This document shows positions 58,961 through 64,000 of a DNA stretch of 64,000 bases, piece after piece; positions within the stretch are counted from its first letter, which is position 1, and each line of letters begins with the position of its first letter. Origin of the DNA: Fimbriimonadia bacterium (GTDB taxonomy: Bacteria; Armatimonadota; Fimbriimonadia; Fimbriimonadales; JABRVX01). A model generated the notes under the pieces. The model worked only from the letters and a program-made list of their open reading frames with translations. It was not told the DNA's origin and ran no database searches. Both the position numbers and the translations under genes were made by a program. The stretch covers positions 288,001-352,000 of the forward strand of contig JBGPGO010000001.1 of assembly GCA_041483895.1 (NCBI GenBank), written 5' to 3'.

Positions 58961-60175
58961 TCATGCACGCGGTAGATAGATGCGGAACGTAGTCCCTTCG
59001 CCGACCGTGCTCTCCGCTTCCAACCGTCCGCTGTGCATCTCGGCGATTTTGCGCACGATCGACGTCCCAAGGCCGGTTCCGCCCGCCTTGCTGCTCTCCG
59101 CGGTGCCGGCGAGAACCTGCGCCAGTCGCTCCGGGGGCATCCCCTTCCCGGTATCTCTAATCGTCAGACACACTTCGTCCGGAAGCTCGGCGATACCCAT
59201 GTGGACCTTTCCGCCTTCCGGGGTGGCCTCGACCGCATTGATCGTCAAATTGTAGACCGCCCTTTCCACCATCACCTCGTCCAACTGCAGCATGATCGGG
59301 CCGGCGGTATCGGCGATCAGCTCGACCCCCTTCGTCCGAGCCAGCTTCTGTTGGGTGAGAAATTCTCGCGAGGCAATCGCGCAAATGTCGGCGGGTTGCA
59401 GCGCTATCGCCATCTCTTTCCCCTTTGCGAGGTCTGCGATCATCTGCGTGTACCGATGGGTTTTTTGCGCTCCGCTCGCGATGATCTCGGCGGTCTCCTT
59501 CATGGATTGCAGCACGTCCGCCGCTCCCGTTCCATCAAGCGAGGGGGCCAGCATCTCCAGATCGAGCATGAGCGTCATCGCCCCCATGGTCAGCGGCGCG
59601 ACCTTATTCTTGATATCGTGCGCGATATCGCCCATCGCGGCGAGACCTGTTGCCTTCTTGGCGTCTTCGGCAAGCTGCGCGTTTTGGATCGCCATCGCCG
59701 CGACGCTCCCGACGATCTCCAGCATCACGAGGTCCTCTTCGTTGAAGTCCCCGCTGCGCTTATTCAATACCTGAACGACGCCTACCGGTTGAGAATCCGC
59801 AACCAGCAGCGGTACTGTTACGAGCGAGCGCGTCGTGTGCTCGGTCTTTTTATCAAAACCCTTTTGGTGATCGCTCGCGCCGGCCACGTCGTTGTCGATA
59901 CGGCTCAACCGATTGGTGAAAACCGAGCCGGCGATACCCTGCGTGTCGGGGAACGACTGGCCCTGGAGCTGGGCGTTCATCTCCGGAGGCAGGACGTAGC
60001 CGAATACAAGCACCCCTTTCCGTGGATCGTGCAGGTAGATCGTGCCACCCGTCGCGTCCACCGATTCGACGCAAACAGTTAGGATGCTCTCCAGCGATCC
60101 ATCGATGCTCGGGTTGGAAGAGAGCACCGAAGTCATCGCGTGAATGGCGGAGACGAGTCGCCGGTCCTGGGTCAT
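58961..60175 (-). CDS. GAF-domain sensor histidine kinase
   Basis: GAF domain (TRSLVTVPL..VQVLNK), IAHDIKN, NLTINA, DTGKG and GTGLG. Confidence 0.92.
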   Translation of the reverse strand: MTQDRRLVSAIHAMTSVLSSNPSIDGSLESILTVCVESVDATGGTIYLHDPRKGVLVFGYVLPPEMNAQLQGQSFPDTQGIAGSVFTNRLSRIDNDVAGASDHQKGFDKKTEHTTRSLVTVPLLVADSQPVGVVQVLNKRSGDFNEEDLVMLEIVGSVAAMAIQNAQLAEDAKKATGLAAMGDIAHDIKNKVAPLTMGAMTLMLDLEMLAPSLDGTGAADVLQSMKETAEIIASGAQKTHRYTQMIADLAKGKEMAIALQPADICAIASREFLTQQKLARTKGVELIADTAGPIMLQLDEVMVERAVYNLTINAVEATPEGGKVHMGIAELPDEVCLTIRDTGKGMPPERLAQVLAGTAESSKAGGTGLGTSIVRKIAEMHSGRLEAESTVGEGTTFRIYLPRA

Positions 60176-60202
60176 GGCGGGCAAATTCTACCCAAGTTTT
60201 GT

Positions 60203-60892
60203 CTACGTTTCTTGCGTAACTGGCCGCTTTTTCCACCAGGTCAGCCATCGGCGTCTGCGGTGGGGCGGGTGTTGTGTCGCATAGTGCACGTCCGCTGACA
60301 ACAGTTCAAACCATTCGCCGAGCGCTTCGTTGAGATCGTCGAGGGAGAGTCTGTATGGCCCCCATTGGTTCTGCGGATCGTCCGCATCTTGCTGCTCGTG
60401 GCGGCTGCGGAGCAGGAGAACGCCATCCGGCGCCAGCGCCCGATTGACCTCGCCTGCGTAAAGTTGCCGTTCCACAGCATGGTGGCAGTGCAGGCAGCCC
60501 TGGTCGAAAACCGCTGCCAGCGCGCCGTCCCGAACCGGAAGACGAAGGGCATCCGCGACAAACAAGCGACCGGTCAGTTCTGGATGGGATTCGCTCGCGA
60601 ACCGCAAGGCGGTCGGCGAGATGTCGAACCCGAAAGCAGTGCGGCCGGATTCCACGAGATACGCCAGGTCTGCCCCGGTGCCGCAACCGACATCTAAGAT
60701 CGGTCGAATCGGTAGGCGCGGGTCAGCTTCCCGGAGGTTCTCATTCACCGACTCCAATGACCCGCCTTCGCCAGGTAGCTTGTCCAACTCCGCTTCCATC
60801 TCAGCCGTAGGCTGCTCGTGATACCAAGGAAGTTGCGTCGGGTCCGCCTGTCGGTATCGAGCTTCCCACTTCTCCGATCGATCGTTGTTCAT
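60203..60892 (-). CDS. Class I SAM-dependent methyltransferase
   Basis: ILDVGCGTG, GFDISP and FDQGCLH. Confidence 0.87.
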   Translation of the reverse strand: MNNDRSEKWEARYRQADPTQLPWYHEQPTAEMEAELDKLPGEGGSLESVNENLREADPRLPIRPILDVGCGTGADLAYLVESGRTAFGFDISPTALRFASESHPELTGRLFVADALRLPVRDGALAAVFDQGCLHCHHAVERQLYAGEVNRALAPDGVLLLRSRHEQQDADDPQNQWGPYRLSLDDLNEALGEWFELLSADVHYATQHPPHRRRRWLTWWKKRPVTQET

Positions 60893-61227
60893 GTGCGCTT
60901 CGACTTCGGCACTTTGGCGAGCACCAACGCGTGGCTGGTGGCGATCAGCTTCTTGCATTCGTCGCAGGTCGGCCGGTTGCTGACCGTGATGTTGACCCAC
61001 CCGTTGTGCCACATGTAGGGCGCGGGGATGATATGGGGCTTATCCAGCAGGTCTCCCAACGCCTCCGGATCGGCCTTCAGCGAGACGTTCACTTTCCTCT
61101 CTTCATCGACAAGCGAAAACACCTTGCCATAAGTCTTGTAGACGAAGCACTCCCCTTGAAACACCATGGTGGAGCCTTCAAACGTCTCGCAGTAGTCCCG
61201 CAGCTCCTGTAGGTAGTCGATAGCCAT
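60889..61227 (-). CDS. MmcQ/YjbR-family protein
   Basis: GKVF, SLKADP, IPAPYM..GW and LI..SH.LV. Confidence 0.85.
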   Translation of the reverse strand: MAIDYLQELRDYCETFEGSTMVFQGECFVYKTYGKVFSLVDEERKVNVSLKADPEALGDLLDKPHIIPAPYMWHNGWVNITVSNRPTCDECKKLIATSHALVLAKVPKSKRT

Positions 61228-61257
61228 ACCGGCATTTTGGCACGGTTGACCTCCGTC

Positions 61258-61302
61258 AAACCCCCTCCCCCGCTTGCGGGGGAGGGTTGGGGTGGGGGTT
61301 TT
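61258..61302. repeat. G/C-tract palindromic element
   Basis: ccccctcccccgc-tt-gcgggggagggttggggtgggggtttt. Confidence 0.7.
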
Positions 61303-61322
61303 CGGCCATAATCACCGGCAGC

Positions 61323-61901
61323 ATGCTCCTGATGATCGACAACTACGACAGCTTCACCTACAACCTGGTCCAGTACCTGGGCGAGATGGGCGTTGAGCTG
61401 CTCGTAAAGCGAAACGACGAGCTGACGCTGGACGAGATTGCATATATGGCGCCGGCGGGGATCGTGCTGTCACCGGGGCCATGCACGCCGGACCGAGCGG
61501 GCATCTGCCTGTCGCTCATCGAGCGATTCGCAGGCCAGATTCCATTGCTTGGGGTCTGTCTCGGCCACCAGGCCATTGGGCAGGCGTTTGGCGGCAAGGT
61601 GGTTCAGGCGGTCAAGATCATGCACGGCAAGCCGTCGAACATCAGGCACAACGGCACGGGGGTTTTCCAGGGTCTTCCCAATCCGTTCGCCGCAATACGA
61701 TATCATTCGCTGGTGATTGAGAAGGAGTCGCTGCCGGATTGTCTGGAAGTTACGGCGACGTCGGAAGATGATAATGAGATCATGGGTGTCCGCCACAAGG
61801 AGTTGGATGTCGAAGGGATTCAGTTTCATCCGGAGTCGGTTTTGACAGAGCATGGGAAGGATCTGCTTCACAATTTTGCGGTCCGGACCGGATTAACATA
61901 A
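61323..61901 (+). CDS. trpG: Anthranilate/aminodeoxychorismate synthase component II (TrpG/PabA)
   Basis: [27 protein letters not shown] and QFHPES. Confidence 0.93.
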   Translation: MLLMIDNYDSFTYNLVQYLGEMGVELLVKRNDELTLDEIAYMAPAGIVLSPGPCTPDRAGICLSLIERFAGQIPLLGVCLGHQAIGQAFGGKVVQAVKIMHGKPSNIRHNGTGVFQGLPNPFAAIRYHSLVIEKESLPDCLEVTATSEDDNEIMGVRHKELDVEGIQFHPESVLTEHGKDLLHNFAVRTGLT

Positions 61902-63001
61902 TGGAACCAAAATATCAAAATCGAATCGAGAAAATGCAGCAAGCTCTTACGGACCAAGGCATAGACGCCTTCTTCGCCTCCACACCGGTCACGATGGGCT
62001 ATCTGGCCAACTTTCACGAAGGCGGATGGGAGCGGATGCTGCTCCTCGGCATCGCGCCCAATGAGGCGCCGGCCATGCTGATACCAGCGCTCAGCCACAC
62101 GCAGGCGCAAGAGACGACGGGCCTCACGGACCTCACCACATGGTCAGACGGCGAGGACCCCGGCCTGAAATTCGCGGATTGGGCGGACCGCTGGGGATTG
62201 CGAACCGGTGTCATCGCCGTGGACGATGAGATGTCCGCGTCCTACCTATTGCGAATGCAGCAGGCCCTTCCCGCCGCGCTGTTCAAGCCGGGCACACCGC
62301 TCATCGAAGCCTGCCGGGGGCGCAAAGACGCGTGGGAGATGGAGCGGATGGAAAAAGCCTCGGCGGCGGTCGACAAGGCCTACCTGGCGATCCAATCGAT
62401 GATCAAACCGGGCGCCACGGAGCGAGAAATTCAATCGGCCATCCATCGCGCCACGGTTCCCCATGCCGACTCCGCCAGCTTCGCCATCGTGGCTTCGGGC
62501 CCGAACGGCGCGAAACCCCACTATCTGACCGGCGACGTGCCGGTACAGGAAGGCGACGTGATCGTCATGGATTTCGGCGCGACGGTAGATGGATACCAGG
62601 CCGACATCACCAGGACCGTCTGCGTCGGCAAGGCGAGCGACGACGCGAAGAAGATCTATCGCATCGTGCTAGCCGCTCACAACGCATCGCGGGCCGCCGC
62701 AAAGCCCGGCGTCCCCGCGCAAGAGGTTGACCGGGCCGGCCGCAAGAAGATTGCCGATGCGGGCTTTGGAGACTACTTTGTGCATCGCACCGGCCACGGC
62801 ATCGGGTTGCAGGTACACGAGCCGCCGTTCATGGTCGAGGGAAACGAGAGTCCGCTGCAAGAGGGGAACTGCTTTACCGTCGAGCCGGGGATCTATCTGC
62901 CGGGCAAGTTGGGCGTGCGAATCGAAAACGTCTGCGCCATCACTTCCGATGGGTGCCGCTCGCTCAACGCCGACGCGCCAACCGAATTGCCGGAGCTATA
63001 G
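61901..63001 (+). CDS. M24 Xaa-Pro aminopeptidase/dipeptidase
   Basis: PH, DFG..GY.ADITRT, HRTGHGIG, VHE, TVEPGIY and GVRIE. Confidence 0.93.
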   Translation: MEPKYQNRIEKMQQALTDQGIDAFFASTPVTMGYLANFHEGGWERMLLLGIAPNEAPAMLIPALSHTQAQETTGLTDLTTWSDGEDPGLKFADWADRWGLRTGVIAVDDEMSASYLLRMQQALPAALFKPGTPLIEACRGRKDAWEMERMEKASAAVDKAYLAIQSMIKPGATEREIQSAIHRATVPHADSASFAIVASGPNGAKPHYLTGDVPVQEGDVIVMDFGATVDGYQADITRTVCVGKASDDAKKIYRIVLAAHNASRAAAKPGVPAQEVDRAGRKKIADAGFGDYFVHRTGHGIGLQVHEPPFMVEGNESPLQEGNCFTVEPGIYLPGKLGVRIENVCAITSDGCRSLNADAPTELPEL

Positions 63002-63937
63002 TTGACCGTTCTCTTCCTGTGGCAGGTCCCCGATCGGATGCGGACCTACCTGCAAGACGGACTGCCCGACGTCCATCTGGTTTTCCCCGAGAACGACGAT
63101 ATGTTGGCACACACCGGAGCAGCCGACATCGTAGTCGGTTGGAGACCGACGGCGGAATTCCTCGATGCCGCAAAGAACCTAAGACTGTTCATCAATCCTG
63201 GCACCGGCGTTCGCCATCTTGTGCCGCTGATGCGCGGGCGAAACATCACCGTGGTCAACGGCCACGGTCACGCGGAGTTCGTCGCCCAGCACGCTGTGGC
63301 ATTGCTTCTTGCCCTCTGCAACAAAATCGTTCCCCACCACAATTGGATGGCGGCCGGCGAGTGGCGCAAAGGCGACGCGGACGCGGCGACGATTCCGCTC
63401 GAAGGCAAAACGGTCGGCCTGCTTGGCTACGGCGCGATTAATCAATGCGTGCACAAACTCCTGCAAGGCTTCGACCTGTCGTTTGCGATCCACCGAAGAA
63501 GCGGGGAAACTACTCTCGACGAATTCCTCACCCAGACGAACATCCTGATCGCCGCCGTCCCCGATACCGAAGAAACCAAAGGCATGATCGGCAGCCGGGA
63601 ACTGGAGCTGTTGGGACCGTCCGCGCTGATCGTCAACGTCGGCCGCGGCTCGCTGATCGAAGAAGAGCCGCTCTATCGCGCGCTCAAAGAGGGGCGCATC
63701 GGCGGCGCGGGCCTCGACGTTTGGTACGACTATTCTCCGGAACCGGACGATGACGGACACCGGTACCCCTATCACTTTCCGTTCCATGAGTTGCCAAATG
63801 TGGTCTTATCGCCTCACCGCGCGGCATCGCCCGGCGATCACCTTCGGCGATGGGATGATGTAATCGAGAACATCAACCGCTTCGCCGCCGGTCGCGGCGA
63901 TTTGCTCAACGTCGTGGATTTGGACAGAGGTTATTAG
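63002..63937 (+). CDS. D-isomer-specific 2-hydroxyacid dehydrogenase
   Basis: GLLGYGAI, NVGRG, GAGLDVW and SPH. Confidence 0.92.
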   Translation: MTVLFLWQVPDRMRTYLQDGLPDVHLVFPENDDMLAHTGAADIVVGWRPTAEFLDAAKNLRLFINPGTGVRHLVPLMRGRNITVVNGHGHAEFVAQHAVALLLALCNKIVPHHNWMAAGEWRKGDADAATIPLEGKTVGLLGYGAINQCVHKLLQGFDLSFAIHRRSGETTLDEFLTQTNILIAAVPDTEETKGMIGSRELELLGPSALIVNVGRGSLIEEEPLYRALKEGRIGGAGLDVWYDYSPEPDDDGHRYPYHFPFHELPNVVLSPHRAASPGDHLRRWDDVIENINRFAAGRGDLLNVVDLDRGY

Positions 63938-64000
63938 GGTGCCGTGGGTCGGATCGGCAATTCGATCTCGCAGACGTACCGCCACGACCCACGCGGCAAC

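Overview
GC-rich bacterial chromosome segment with about 60 genes. The lineage is probably Armatimonadota-like; this is an inference from the PEP-CTERM proteins, a dockerin-like C-terminal domain and lineage-typical hypothetical families. Housekeeping and metabolic genes include ligA, mscL, a three-gene succinate dehydrogenase of mycobacterial Sdh1 type, P5C dehydrogenase, ubiX, trpG/pabA, an OGG1-type glycosylase and an M24 peptidase. They are interspersed with many secreted or surface proteins. I found no rRNA, tRNA, CRISPR array, integrase or transposase. The most notable signals are: (1) a c-di-AMP (ydaO-type) riboswitch directly upstream of an asparagine-synthase homologue that lacks the catalytic N-terminal Cys; (2) an AT-richer ABC-ATPase plus TOPRIM-like gene pair between ligA and the OGG1-type gene, a candidate defence or toxin-antitoxin system; (3) several palindromic repeat families, including a ~165-bp GTAG-terminated REPIN-like element present twice and a composite palindrome inserted in-frame in a membrane protein; (4) an orphan 3' remnant of a threonine-dehydrogenase-like gene; (5) recurring leaderless-type promoters and two probable non-canonical starts (ATA, CTG); (6) an orphan promoter followed by a structured RNA candidate. 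All family assignments come from motif recognition by eye, not database searches.
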